43,058 nt of DNA, taken from Blastocystis sp. subtype 4 (lineage: Eukaryota). Each line of letters begins with the position of its first letter. Position 1 is the stretch's first letter. Under the pieces are notes generated by a model. That model was not told where the DNA came from. It was given only the letters and a program-made list of their open reading frames with translations, and did not search any database. Location: contig NW_014569486.1 of assembly GCF_000743755.1 (NCBI RefSeq), positions 1 to 43,058 on the forward strand, in the 5' to 3' direction. Position numbers and translations under genes: made by a program. This document shows positions 1-11,936 of the stretch, piece by piece.

Positions 1-98
1 TCCTCTCCTTTCTTCATTTCTATTGACTCCAACTCATAATCATCCAGATATCTCTCTTCTGACTTCAATACACTCAATTCGATATTGTTTCCAATCAT
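1..98 (-). CDS. 5' fragment of a MORN/LRR-like multigene-family member (runs off window)
   Basis: Reverse strand reads MIGNNIELSVLKSEERYLDDYELESIEMKKGE, which resembles the N-terminus of the 38266 ORF (GDYEIKSVEMKSGD). Confidence 0.5.
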   Translation of the reverse strand, partial: MIGNNIELSVLKSEERYLDDYELESIEMKKGE

Positions 99-365
99 TG
101 TGAAGATAATACTTTGGGAATGGAAATAGGATTAAGATATGCGTATGGTGAAACTCCTTCAATATGTCTTTTTATATTATGTTATTCCTCTCCATTATAT
201 CTCCTCTTTGTGATCAATTCCCTATTAATCCTACTTGCTCTTCTTCTCAGAACCCATTCTTCTGCAATAATCAATTAACATCTCAGTCATACTTGAGTTA
301 TTCGATTTATTCACACATCTCCTTGAAAATGGGTGTTCTAAGCTGCAATTTCACTTCTAAGGCAC

Positions 366-648
366 TTATTCCGCATCCTGTGGAATTGAGTTCCAATCCA
401 ATTACAATGACTTCAATCCATATTAACTCATCAACCAGTTCAACAGATAAAGATCAAGATTCATTCCACTTTGATTGAAAGAATAGAGAAAAGAACAGCA
501 TTGAGACTTCTCAGCGGGTCCCCCACACTGGTACTAACTCAACTCGTAATGACTTAGCTTCCTAGATCAGACGGGTTAGAGATATGACCGTTCTTGTTTT
601 CATTTCTTTCACTAACCCTTTTCAATAACACATTCTTATCCTCACATC
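366..648. repeat. Dispersed ~285-bp repeat containing 5S rDNA, copy 1
   Basis: Alignable by eye to 37328-37615 in the same orientation, including both flanks of the 5S sequence. Confidence 0.9.
490..593 (-). pseudogene. 5S rRNA pseudogene with a 13-nt internal deletion
   Basis: Matches the 37443-37560 copy except that GGCGCTTTCCACT (plus-strand sense) is missing. Confidence 0.85.
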
Positions 649-693
649 GTATATCCTATTACCAAACAGTAATTGATACTAAACAAACACAGA

Positions 694-1456
694 AAAGCAA
701 GCAATCCATCAAAAACTGAATAGCACTCTCAATTCCATGAACTTCAGTTAGTGCAAGAAATTCATCAACAATTTCGTTCTGAAGGGCATCTAATTCCCTT
801 TGAATACTTCTTTTATCTGACTGCATATAGAAGAAAGGATGGATCATAGGCTGAACAATTCCAGTTGGAGAAAAAGCTATCGACCAGGAAATCAAAAACT
901 TAGGGTGTTCACTAGGATTCATAAACCCAAAAAACAGTTACGATGTGGATGCAGACTTATCAAAGCATACTAATACACTATTAGAATACATATCAACAGG
1001 AAAGCTAACAGCACTACCCCATGTTTCTTTCATCCATTTCCAAACATCCTGTCTATATTGAACTTCATTTGCAAAGGATCGCAAACCCAAGAGAAGCATA
1101 GTTGGTTCGCGATTCTCTTCAACCTACTTGTCAAATGAAGGAAACAAGGAAACTTGACGAATCAGCGGCTCTAGTTCACATTTCCATCCTCCAATAATAT
1201 CGACCTTCATTACTTCAATAGAAGGATGTTCGTTGAGCCTTTCTACAACGATCAACTCCAGTTCGAATTGGATGAACGAAACACTCGCTAAAATCTACTT
1301 GTGATTCATCAACAGAAACAAGCATACGTGATAACTGCGAGCAGGTTGATTCTCATAAGTGGTGAGTTCATCTTGCTTTGAAATAATTTGAATATCGCCA
1401 ATCATAGAGGAGAGTTGGATTTCATTCTCTGTGACAACATCTCCCTTTGGTGGCAT
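694..1456 (-). CDS. CENP-P-like kinetochore (CCAN) protein, spliced; stop probably created by poly(A)
   Basis: ELEPLIRQ..VEENREPTMLLLGLRSFANEVQYRQDVWKWMKE and FLISWSIAFSPTGIVQP...FLALTEVHGIESAIQFL resemble recalled CENP-P motifs. TGTTTGTT lies at 689-682. Confidence 0.6.
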
Positions 1457-1493
1457 CTTCAATGATAATGGATTCAACAAACAATTGAAAGTT

Positions 1494-2355
1494 TCATCGA
1501 CGATTATTCGTAATTGAGAGAAGCTGCAAGAGGTACATGAAAAGATTAATAATGTCCAGATACCTACGGATGACACATCCGCTTCATTTCAACAGCATAA
1601 TCGTAGCATAAACGTATTCATCCACTCCAAATTGGGCTCGATCCTTTCCTCCCAAAATCATTTGAGTATCCATGATCAAATAAAACGAAAAGATACATGC
1701 CTAGAGATAAATCCAAAGATATGATGGGAACCCCAATAGCAGAGTAAATGGCTGTTCCAAAAGGGATCCATATCAAGGTGAAACCGAAGAGTAGTAGAAT
1801 CAAACAGAACGATAATACGACTGGTTGATAAGAGATGAAATCTTTGCTGGTTTTGGCTGCGTAAATAGAGAGGCAGAATACAACAGCAGCCGTATAGACA
1901 ATGGCAGTAAGAACAATTCGTGGTTCAAAGAAAGCAGTAAAAGATGATAAGAGAAGTGCTTCACAAAGAGTCTAGATATAAGAATAAGAAAACACAGTAC
2001 AAATAGCGCTAAGATAACGATGTTATGCGGATATCGAACAAATACTACAGAGAAGAGAAACAACATCCCATACATTGAGGTTTACACAAACTCACAACCA
2101 TGAATGCAATCATTCCTAATAATGACAGCCACATGATTCCAAAAGAATGATGATATAGCCAAGCCTGAAAAGATGCAATGGTGCTAAAGTAAACCAAGCA
2201 AACAAATCAAACCATGAAGCCCAAACACCACAGAAGGTTACAACCAACTGAATCGATAAAAGTGTGTACACTTTGCGAACGAACTGATTTCGTACAGACG
2301 CCTCCTGGAATTGGATATAATCGCTTGAGGTACCCTTCTCAATATCGCCAACCAT
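1494..2355 (-). CDS. TMBIM / Bax inhibitor-1 (Lifeguard) family membrane protein, spliced
   Basis: VRNQFVRKVYTLLSIQL N-terminal motif and DEYVYATIMLYLDIINLFMYLLQLL C-terminal motif after removing a 30-nt intron. Confidence 0.9.
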
Positions 2356-2570
2356 TTGAAAAACAAAAGTGAACAGAAGGATATACTTCTGTACGAAGAA
2401 TACAGAAACGGACTTCCTTGAAGAGTATTCATCAAGAAAGAAAGAAAAAAGACAAAACAATACCGAATCAAGCTCACAAACCTCTCCAAACGAATAGATA
2501 CGTCAGGATCACTTCCACAACGTCAATAATCGATAACATGAATAAACAAGGATAAACGAACAAACACAAA

Positions 2571-3771
2571 ATGAAAGTGCTTACTACACTTCTCCTTCTT
2601 CTTGGATGTATCCGAGGACTCGTCATCGAATCTGATGCGAGGGTAGTGTATCCGCATACGAAAGCGCGATTTGGAGTGGATTACGGTGATACGTGTAGGG
2701 ATTCGAGAATAAATTGATACAAAGCATATGTGGGAAGACTTGTGAAAGTGGAACCGTTTCATGCCTGCAGTCCAATTACAACCAATCTGACGGGATTAAT
2801 TGGATTGGCTATTCGTGATACATCTATTGAAAATTGTACATTTGTCGTAAAGGTCCTGAATGTAGCTGTTTTACAAAAGAGTAACTATATAGATTCAACA
2901 TGCTGGCGCAATTGGAGCAGTGATTATGAATCAGAAACCCTTGAGATGGGAAGGAGAGATGTTGTCGATAATGAACAATGCTACGGAAATATCGGAAGAT
3001 GTAGGAGAAGTAGGAATTACTGACGTGCAGGTTACAATTCCAAGTGTTTTTACTGGGTATCAATCTGGTCAATCCATTCTGCAAGCACTTCAGCAGTTTG
3101 AGGTCACTGCTACTATTAGTTCAGAAGGTCAAGGTGAGCGATATTGTTGGTTGTGATCATCAGTCACAAATCCTTCGATGTCTTTTCTTTCACTTATTGG
3201 TATTTTCTTTTTAGTGAGTAGTGAATGGAATTCTTAATGTACTAGATGATGATCATGATTTATGTATGTTTTCTTTTAGTGTGTATTCTCTTGTTCTATT
3301 CGGAGAAGGCAATGCTTCAACGACTCTCAGATTCACCCTCTTCGATTGTTGAAGGTGTTTATGGAGAGGAGTAGGAATCATATCTTTCTGACCAAATAGT
3401 GGTCGTGAAATTGATCCTGAGAATCCAGAAGAATGCACTATTTGTCTGGATACACTGAAAAAAGGAGAGGCTATCAAAACGCTCCCTTGCAAACACATTT
3501 TCCATCAGAATTGTATTGACGAATGGCTGAAACAGGGAAAAGCAGTATGTCCAATGTGTCGCCGTGGTATCTTTGATGATGATGAAGTGAACTGGTATTT
3601 AGAAGGAAAGGCAAAAGATACAGACAGAATTGTAGCCAAGTGGGGTAGTCGTTCTGTGTTGGATGAAGTGTAGAGAATGTATATGCAGGCAGCTTTTCTT
3701 ACTTGTACAGTATCCTCTTCTTGGTGTTTGTATTCTTTTCTCCTGCGTTTGTATTTGCTCTTTCTCTGTGA
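2571..3771 (+). CDS. PA-domain transmembrane RING-H2 E3 ligase (RNF13/RMR-like), spliced
   Basis: Signal peptide MKVLTTLLLLLG, PA motifs (ACSPI, CTFVVKVLN, IPSVF), a TM segment, and RING-H2 CTICLD...LPCKHIFHQNCIDEWL...CPMCR. Confidence 0.85.
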
Positions 3772-4031
3772 GATGTTTGTTGAAATGGTGATATCCGCAA
3801 TTATTCCTAAATCCTTTATTCCATTAGATACAGTTCCAGAATTAATACTGAATAATAAGTTGAGAGAGTCTGGTTGTAAACAGTAATTGTTCATAATTAT
3901 CTCACCTAGACTCATAATTCACTACAATTAATAGTTGATCCATAGAATCGACTATTTAATATTTCTAATTGTTCAATTGCTATGAGTCCCTTACTAGGAT
4001 TAATCTAGGTACGAATACTCTAGTCTTTACA

Positions 4032-6037
4032 ATGGATGCACAAGAGGCACAACCAGTGAAAGACTGTTCAGCAGCTCCAACTGACTCAATCCTATCGGAA
4101 GAGCAACCCCCAATAAGGTATCCCTGGTTCATTCTATTCACTATAGCGCATCAACTGAAAAGAGTGAGAAGAAACCGTTTGACATTGTAGAAGAGCTGAA
4201 AAAGCCATATAATGTGGGAATCAAACCAGAGTATCCCTGTTGCATTTTCTACCATGAATTGTAGATATGTACTTCCTATTGAAACCAACAAACGAGATAC
4301 ATCTGGTTATATTGTTGACCTCACACTCATCTTTAGTTTCATCGGAAACAGATCAAAAGAAAACCTATAAAACCAAACGGAATCGAGTGGACGTAGGGTT
4401 AAAGAAACGAGGTGAATGTGATGTTCTGGTAGGCCTGAGAAATATGCATAACCATTCAGTGTCGTGCCATTGCCCAAGAAAAGGAATGTCCTTTTGGAGA
4501 TACATGCAAGTATGATCATGACATCCAAGCCTATTTTAGTCGTCGAGAACCCGATATTGGTCCACTATGTCCTGTTTGGAGTGTTCATGGCTACTGTCCA
4601 GTTGGATTAAACTGTCGTTGGGCTCAGTCTCATGTAACCGAAGATCTCAAACTTGTTTACAAGAAAGAACAGATTCCTATTGAAGAGGTAGGTGGTGATG
4701 GAGGAGTGTGAATGGAAGTGGAACGAGCCGGGGGATGTTCCTAACCAGCTGCGAAAGAAGACATACTCATTTCAACGTGGTTCACTTACAGATCCCGACC
4801 ATCGTCCTATCGATTTCCATGGAAAGATCTATATTGCTCCTCTTACAACCGTTGGAAACCTTCCATTTCGTCGTGTTTGTGTTGAATATGGAGCAGACAT
4901 TACATGTTGTGAAATGGCCATGTGTGGAAATCTGCTAAGAGCTCAGACAAGTGAGTGGGCACTGCTACGTCGACATCCTTCCGAGAAGTGTTTTGGGATT
5001 CAGTTGGCTGGAGCCAAACTGGAAGAGTTGGGTGATGTGTGCGAAGTAGTGAGTCGGGAACTCCGAGCAGACTTTGTTGACCTTAATGCAGGATGTCCTA
5101 TTGATGTTCTTGACAAGATGGGAGCTGGGGCAGCTCTGCTGGCGAGACCCAACAAGCTGAAACGATTGTTGCAAGTGATGCTGGATCGATGCAAGTTGAG
5201 TGTTACTGTAAAGCTTCGAACTGGAGACAAGGACCAGAACACACACAAGTTGATCCCACAGATCCAAGTGAGGATGATGGATAATTATAAGGACTAGGCA
5301 CTCCAGGGAGTCCAGGGGAATCGAGTGGAAGCTGTTGTGATTCATGGTCGAACCAAACAAGGTCGTTATACCAAACTGGCTGATTGGGAGTAAGCATGTT
5401 TGTAGTTGGTTTTATGGAGAGATATGTGAAGCAATGTGCGGATGCTCGCGATTCGTCTTCTCCACTCCAGATAATTGGAAATGGAGATATCTTCGATTAT
5501 CAGGTTGTATTCACGAGATTCTGTTGATTAGTAGACATATGTGTCTCATCTGGCTGATGGCCGATTGGATGGTTGTATGATTGGACGAGGAGCTCTTATT
5601 AAGCCATGGATCTGTACTGAGATCAAGGAGCATCGTAAGTGTAAAGGAGAATTATTAACTAAGGTGTGTGGGATATCTCGGCTCAAGAGCGACTAGATAT
5701 GATTCACCGATTCTGTGACTATGGTTTGGAACACTGGGGATCGGATGAACAGGGGGTGGCAAGGACTCGTCGTTTCCTCTTGGAATGGTTGTCGTTTTTG
5801 TGCCGGTATGTTCCTGTGGGGTTGTTAGATAGGCCGCAGACAATCAACCAGAAGCCCTATGCATATGTTGGTAGGAATGAGTTAGAGACGTTATTGGGAT
5901 CTCATAAAGTGAGTGATCGATGTGGATTTGAGAAGTAGCCAGAAGATTGGATTCGAATCTCGTCAATGTTCCTAGGACCAGCTCCTGAGGGGTTTGTCTT
6001 CTTGCCGAAACATAAGTCGAATGCGTATGTCGAATAA
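4032..6037 (+). CDS. DUS3L: tRNA-dihydrouridine(47) synthase, spliced
   Basis: CCCH fingers, [54 protein letters not shown] and C-terminal PKHKSNAY. Confidence 0.95.
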
Positions 6038-6085
6038 CATCGTTGTTTTGAATTGTTTTCTCATTCCACCTTTTAACAAACACTA

Positions 6086-6933
6086 TCATCTAAATTCCTT
6101 TAACTGGGTCAAGAACTCTTGTTCGTCGTTCCGACTAGCAAATGACAGTAGCAAGGAAGTATTTGACTGACTAGAAGGACCAGGTTGAACTATCACACAG
6201 TAAGGCCGTTTGACATCACTGTTCAATGTACTGTGAGACGCCACACAATCACTTAGATTCACCAACTCTACCTTTTTCTCGTTACGAGCCTTTCCGATGT
6301 ATCTTCGCAGAACTCCCTTTTCTAGAATCAACAAACTGGTTATCCACGACCGAAACAATCCATTCTGACGAACAGGTACGAGATAACTCCGTTCCAAAGG
6401 CAGAGAAGGTGCTTCCACAGGTGAAGAAACGGGAGGAGGAAGAGAAGGTTCGGGGGGAGAAGGTGTTGGAGATGGTGAAGACAACAAAGGAGAAGGTTGA
6501 CAGGTAGGATGGGGAATTTGTGCCGCAATCTGGAATCCAATATCTTTAAACTGATCTCTAGATGTCAAGACATCCTATATGAACAACGGCGTATAGTTGA
6601 GTGGAGGGAAGACGGCCACTCCACAAAGAAACGGCATTTGGGTTTGATAGCAGAATCGCTTTCGGAAACACTTTTCACAAAGTAACGAAGGTAGAATTAG
6701 TTTCACGATTCGAGTCTGCAACTCGTTTGTTATTCCTACCAATTTCCAAGATGTATAGTTTTTTGTATTACAAATACAACAAGAAGGCAAATAATCAGGA
6801 TCGATCTGAATCACCTCGTCTTTCTAAAGATTACTCCAAATAACAATAACCACAAAAGAGTCATCAAACAACAAATTGGATTCACGGAGAATCGTTACAA
6901 TGAGTTTTCCTTGTTCGCTCTCCGGCTAAACAT
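6086..6933 (-). CDS. Protein with Cys-rich (CxxC..CxxC) region, Pro-rich linker and C-terminal PH-like domain, spliced
   Basis: CCICNT...LCEKCF, then PSPTPSPPEP, then GLFRSWITSLLILEKGVLRRY...LLLSFASRNDEQEFLTQL. Start is approximate. Confidence 0.6.
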
Positions 6934-7169
6934 CATTTCATCATTATACAATTACAGAAACATAAAAGTGATTCAAAAATGGAGATAATTCTTTGGTAAT
7001 AATGTATTCTCGTGCAGCATCAAGAATCTATACATGGATAGAAGAAATATAATGAACCTTTCTAGTATACAAACTATAGTACTGAGAATTAGTACTCATC
7101 GAACTGCTTTTGTTTTGACTTGAATTGTAGATGGTGTCTGAAGTACAACAGATTTGAACTCTCAATAGA

Positions 7170-7242
7170 TCCCATGTAGTCTAGCCGGTTAGGATAGCGG
7201 GTTTTCACCTCGCCGACCCGGGTTCGAGTCCCGGCATGGGAG
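7170..7242 (+). tRNA. tRNA-Glu (TTC)
   Basis: TCCCATG/CATGGGA acceptor stem, GCGGG-TTTTCAC-CTCGC anticodon arm, GGTTCGAGTCC T-loop and downstream oligo-T. Confidence 0.95.
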
Positions 7243-7280
7243 TTTCTTTTCTTTTCATCTTATTGATTCACAAACAAGGA

Positions 7281-7821
7281 ATGAACGACGATAATATATT
7301 TCAGAAGGCATGACAATATGTTTCCGTCTGTTCGATCTGTCTGGAAGTCTTGATTTCGATAAGTGTATGCCATTCTTGGATGGTTTCTTCTCAATCATTG
7401 GAACTGTCCTTGCAATAGATAGATTCTTGCTTCCTGGCATAACAATCCTTGGAGTAACAGGTTTCGTTATCTTCTTCTTCGGTTGTTTGTTTCCTAAATA
7501 TGAATTTCTATTTTGTTACATCACCAAGTTGAAGATTACATTTCTTGCACACAATCTCGGGATGCTTCCTTGATTGTTGACCGAACTGGTATTTTTTGTT
7601 CTAGCTGTTTCCTTGAATTCTGTGTTCCAGGCAGATGAATAGAACTCATGGTTTCGTCTAACACTCACAGAAGTCTGATTCTGCTTACGTTCTTTCTCTT
7701 TTCGAGCCTTTTCTTTCTGCAAATCAATATAATACTGTGTTGATTTGCCGTCACTTATCACATAACGATCACCTCCCCATGCAATCCTTGCATTCGATGT
7801 TGTTGATACTGGGCGTTGCAT
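7281..7821 (-). CDS. Hypothetical basic protein, spliced; stop probably created by poly(A)
   Basis: Two Lys/Arg-rich ORFs (7516-7821, 7255-7440) separated by an intron-sized gap. TGTTTGTG lies at 7276-7269. Confidence 0.5.
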
Positions 7822-7863
7822 ATGAGAACTATCTAAACAAACAAAAGAATAATGTGAACAATG

Positions 7864-8989
7864 TTATCTTCTACGGTTGTCATAATCACGTCTACCATCA
7901 TTGTCTCTTCCTCGACTTTCATAGTCCCGTCTACTATCATAATCGCGTCGTCCCTCATTCTCTCTTCTGCGATTATCATAATCACGTCTGTTTCCATAGT
8001 CACGTCTACCATCATAGTCCCGTCTGCTGTCATAGTCACGTCTACTATCATAATCGCGTCTGCCGTCATAATCACGTCTCCCATCACCTTCTCGTCTCCG
8101 CTCATAAAACTCCCTTCTTTTATCATCCACTTCACGTCGTCGATCGTCCGTGTCTCGTCGCCTCTCTTCCAAGTCTCGTCTTCGATTATGAATCTTCTTG
8201 GGACGATCAGCACGAGTTCGACCTAATCCCCCTCCTAGTCGTGCTGGCAACCACTTCCGTACAGTACGACAGCGTTCCACATCCACAATTAGAGTACGAC
8301 CATCAAGACGATACTGACGAAGACGCTACATAGTAAGAAATTCCAAAAAAAAACATACAGAATAGGCAGCTTTCATGTCATCCTCATGAGTATACTCAAC
8401 AAAGGCATATCCACGCGGTTTACCTTGTAAATCGTGAACCATAACCAAATTCTCGATAGGGCCATACTTCTCACACAAATCACGTAAACGACTTTCTGGA
8501 GTAAGATAATTCAAATTCGCAATGAATAATGTATTCATTGCGTTCTTTGTAGCCTTAGGATTCGCATCTGGGTTATCTATAACTCATGCAACAAATCACA
8601 CCAAATACACTTAGCAATCTTCTCTGCAAGTTCAGCCTTGTGTCTTTCCATCTTTGCTAGCTTTTCCAGCTTGCGAACATCCTCCTTTTCCACTTTAGGT
8701 TGAGACGCAGGAATAGAAGTCTCAAGAACCCCTCCCTCTTCTAACTACCTGTTAGTGACTCAATTTTACTCTCTACCTCATTCAACACACTGCCTAACCC
8801 AGTCATCGGTAATGGTTGTTCCTTTTCGCGAGTATCCAATGCTTCGAAATGAATATCGGGAACAAAAAGACATTTCAAGACTACAAGTGACAAAGCAACC
8901 ATGAACGTACAATCTGGTAGACCCGAGAATACTCGTATTCCTCGTTGTCCAGGCTTGCGTGGACCTCCAGTTCTTCCTCGATTATACAT
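7864..8989 (-). CDS. SNRNP70: U1 snRNP 70 kDa protein, spliced
   Basis: [49 protein letters not shown] and an RD/RE-rich tail. Confidence 0.95.
7867..8085 (-). repeat. Coding 18-nt tandem repeat encoding RRDY(D/G/E)(G/S/N)
   Basis: About nine hexapeptide units in the U1-70K C-terminal tail. Confidence 0.85.
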
Positions 8990-9067
8990 CGTTGGAATGA
9001 GATTAACGCGATATGGGGATCCCCCATTCTGGACATCCTGATTCGTTTTCAGAATCAAACAAGGCGA

Positions 9068-9432
9068 ATGGTACAGTTGTTGATCCGGTTTCATTTCCAG
9101 AATGACACCTCGAAGCTACGGCAACTATTGAAAACGATTGATCCCAAAATAACACTTTCTGCCGATGCTGAGAAGGTCGTTTTGAATTGTTCTATTTATC
9201 CGTTAGATGATTCTACTGATGGCCAATGATTTCATTACAGATGTGACAGATGGTTCTTGTCAGTTGGCAGAACACCGAGGATCGAAAACGGTTGAAATGA
9301 AAGATCTAGCTCTCTATTTAAGTAGTTGAATCAACAGAGCAATGAGAAATAGAAAAGAATTGGGATATTGATGTGGAAGGGTATTCAATAGCAACAACAA
9401 ATTCGGGATCAGGTCAAGAGTTTGGTGTATAA
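9068..9432 (+). CDS. TAF12: TFIID subunit 12 (histone fold), spliced
   Basis: Spliced KLRQLLKTIDPKITLSADAEKMILLMANDFITDVTDGSCQLAEHRGSKTVEMKDLALYLKKNWDIDVEGY. Confidence 0.9.
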
Positions 9433-9458
9433 TAAGTATTGTTAACAAACAAAGTACC

Positions 9459-10436
9459 TTAGTCCCATGTCCATTCTCTAATGAACTGTCGATTACGTTG
9501 AATTTCCGTATCAGCTTCTTCTTGAGGAATAGAAATCGTTGTAGAACGAAACATGGTTGGTTGGAGAAGGAAAGGGGAGGAAGGATACGACAGATTGAAG
9601 AACGTCTCTTGAAACGGTTCTGTTTCCTCCTGAATGACAGCATGAGTAATTGGAGACGGTGAAGGCGAATTAATGGGAGTACCGTTGAATATTGAAGGAG
9701 AACCACTTTGCAGATTTGGAGAAGAGTCTCTCATTCTAGAATCCGTTGTCCTCAAAGTTGAACTCCCCCTTCTAGGAAGCGAATCCTGCACTATAGGAGA
9801 TTGAAATACAGATGGAGACATAATAGATACTTCGTGAGGGAAATTCAATCGCGCTCGATCTCCATGGAGCTCTATCGCAGCGTTATCATAACATTTGGCT
9901 GCTTTCCATTCTGAGTCAAAGGTACCTAGGTACTATTCATGAGTTCTTTAATTTATCATTACAAATTTCTTTCCATGTACTTGAATCTGGGCATTCCATT
10001 TATTCCCTCGGTTATAGCTACTTGTTAACACTCTATCTCCATTCTACACTCCACGATAGAGAGACGAATGTCCCGTCTCCTGGTTCTTCCCTTTTCGACG
10101 ATTGCGAGTTCGTGTTGGGGAAGGAGTGTAAGGAATATTAAGAAACGGGTCCATTGTCTCTGGAGAGACAAATGTACTTGTTGGAATTGGAGAGGGATGA
10201 AGTTCGTTAAACTCTTCACGACGATCGATAATCGCCTGAATGTTCTGATTAATACAATCTTCCTCGCACTGAGGACATTGCCAATACTCCCTAGGTCGCT
10301 CTTTTAAACATGGATTCAAACAGGATGGATGGTAGGCATTCGGACAATAATCACAGCATAACAGCAAACCAGTAGTGTTACAAATAAGGCACTTGGTTGA
10401 GTGATTTCCCTCAAATATCCTCAGCTCATGATCCAT
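9459..10436 (-). CDS. PHD finger plus AP2/ERF DNA-binding domain protein, spliced
   Basis: PHD CLICNTTGLLLCCDYCPNAYHPSCL..WQCPQC; AP2 SLYRGVYNRGNKWNAQIQVHGKKFYLGTFDSEWKAAKCYDNAAIELHGDRARLNFP after removing two introns. Confidence 0.85.
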
Positions 10437-10779
10437 CTTACAATTTGACAACAACGAAGAAAGAGAATATGAGTTTGAAGATCTTGTCAAATTGACAGGT
10501 CTGCCAGTCATTTCGAAAAATACAATTTCTTAAATAGGTGTCTCTGTTTGATACAAAAATCCATCTTAATCGTTTGACTTGATGATAAACAAGTATTTAG
10601 TAACTTATGCAAAAGCATTGAATAACTTGCTTAATTCGAATTAACTCATCTATTCCTTTATTAGGAGTTTAGAAGAGGAGTTTAGCTTATGAGCCACATG
10701 ATTGAATCACTGTACAGTTAAGCCTTTTCGATTCATCTCATCTCAGAAAAGTGTTAATTGAGCAATTTATTCACATCTC

Positions 10780-11846
10780 ATGAGAAAATTCATCTATTGG
10801 ATTGCCATTCTTCTCGTAGGGTCTTTGATAACTCGGTTTTACCATTAGGCTGTTGTGAAGGCTGCCACTAATTGTATACCCCATTATTGTAGTTATCTAA
10901 TGTTGTAGGTAAGTGGTCTGCTGTTAGCACAGATCCAGACTTCGCATTGACTGCATCCTTTGATCTTACACCTCTTTCCGGATATGAGTACAAATTATGT
11001 AGGTAGAGGTAATTTGTAGTTATACCATCAAGGATAGTCAGGCCCAGACTTCTCTCCGTAATTTCACGTTTCTACTTCTATTTATTTCTTACGAATAGCT
11101 ATGTGTTTGCTTTTTGTGGAGTTGTAAACGAAGTACCTGTTGCTCAAGGCGGAACGGGTAGTCCTTGCTATGGTTGTCATAGATGGTTCTTATGACAAAT
11201 AGGTACTCGTGGTGGAGAGGAACCTGTACATTATCCTGCCTATCAGGTTGCTCAGAGTTATGATGGTTGTGTTCGTCTGGGAGTTGATGCTTCAACTGAG
11301 AACACTCGTTGGTATCTGAACGGTAGTTTTGTCGTTTTGCTTTTTATTTTAGACAATCATGATCCTACTGTTGGTGTGACCTATCAGTATGTGAATGGAG
11401 ACGACGCCTTGTGTGGAGATGGCAATTATCGTTCTCTGGCTATGGAGATGACTTGCAAGGATGAGAATCACAACATTCCAGATGAAGAGCCTGTATATGA
11501 GAATAATTGTGCTTACATGTTTGCTATTGATTCCATTTATGGTTGTCCTACGGAATGCGGTATTTATCGTGGTTCCCTGTGTGGTAAACGAGGTGTATGC
11601 AAGTTTGACTTGGACACTAGAAAGCCTCACTGCTACTGCCAGAAGGGCTATACTGGTTATGCTTGTAATGAGAAGGGAGAAAACAAGGCTGAAGGCTTTA
11701 CGAATACTACTTTGATTCTGTTGGTTGTGTTTGTCATGTTAATTGTGGTGGAGATTGCAATCATTCTCATGTGGAATAAGGTGAAGAGGCTGCGACTCGA
11801 TCCCTCTGCTTACACCAACTTTACTGCTGCTGACGAGCTTGCTTAA
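10780..11846 (+). CDS. Type I membrane protein with mannose-6-phosphate-receptor-homology (MRH) and EGF-like domains, spliced
   Basis: Signal peptide, FDLTPL, GVTYQYVNGD..C..RSLAMEMTC, CAYMFAIDSIYGCP, EGF-like CYCQKGYTGYAC, a TM helix and a YTNF sorting-like tail. Confidence 0.75.
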
Positions 11847-11936
11847 GTGCTGCAGTCATGCTTGCTACTTGCGGCTGCCAACAAGCTTGTCTATAACTGC
11901 TGTTTTGTTGACAATTTGTTACAAACAAGCTATACC

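Noticed and set aside
366..648. Firm call of the 5S repeat as a SINE3 mobile element
   Set aside because: Sequence upstream of 5S is also shared, the Pol III terminator is retained, and no TSD or poly(A) tail is visible.
7867..8085. Possible CRISPR-like array
   Set aside because: Contiguous 18-nt coding repeats with no unique spacers and no cas genes, in a eukaryotic context.
7737..8333. His/Cys-rich 198-aa ORF and other overlapping repeat ORFs
   Set aside because: They are antisense or alternative frames of the U1-70K RRDYD repeat.
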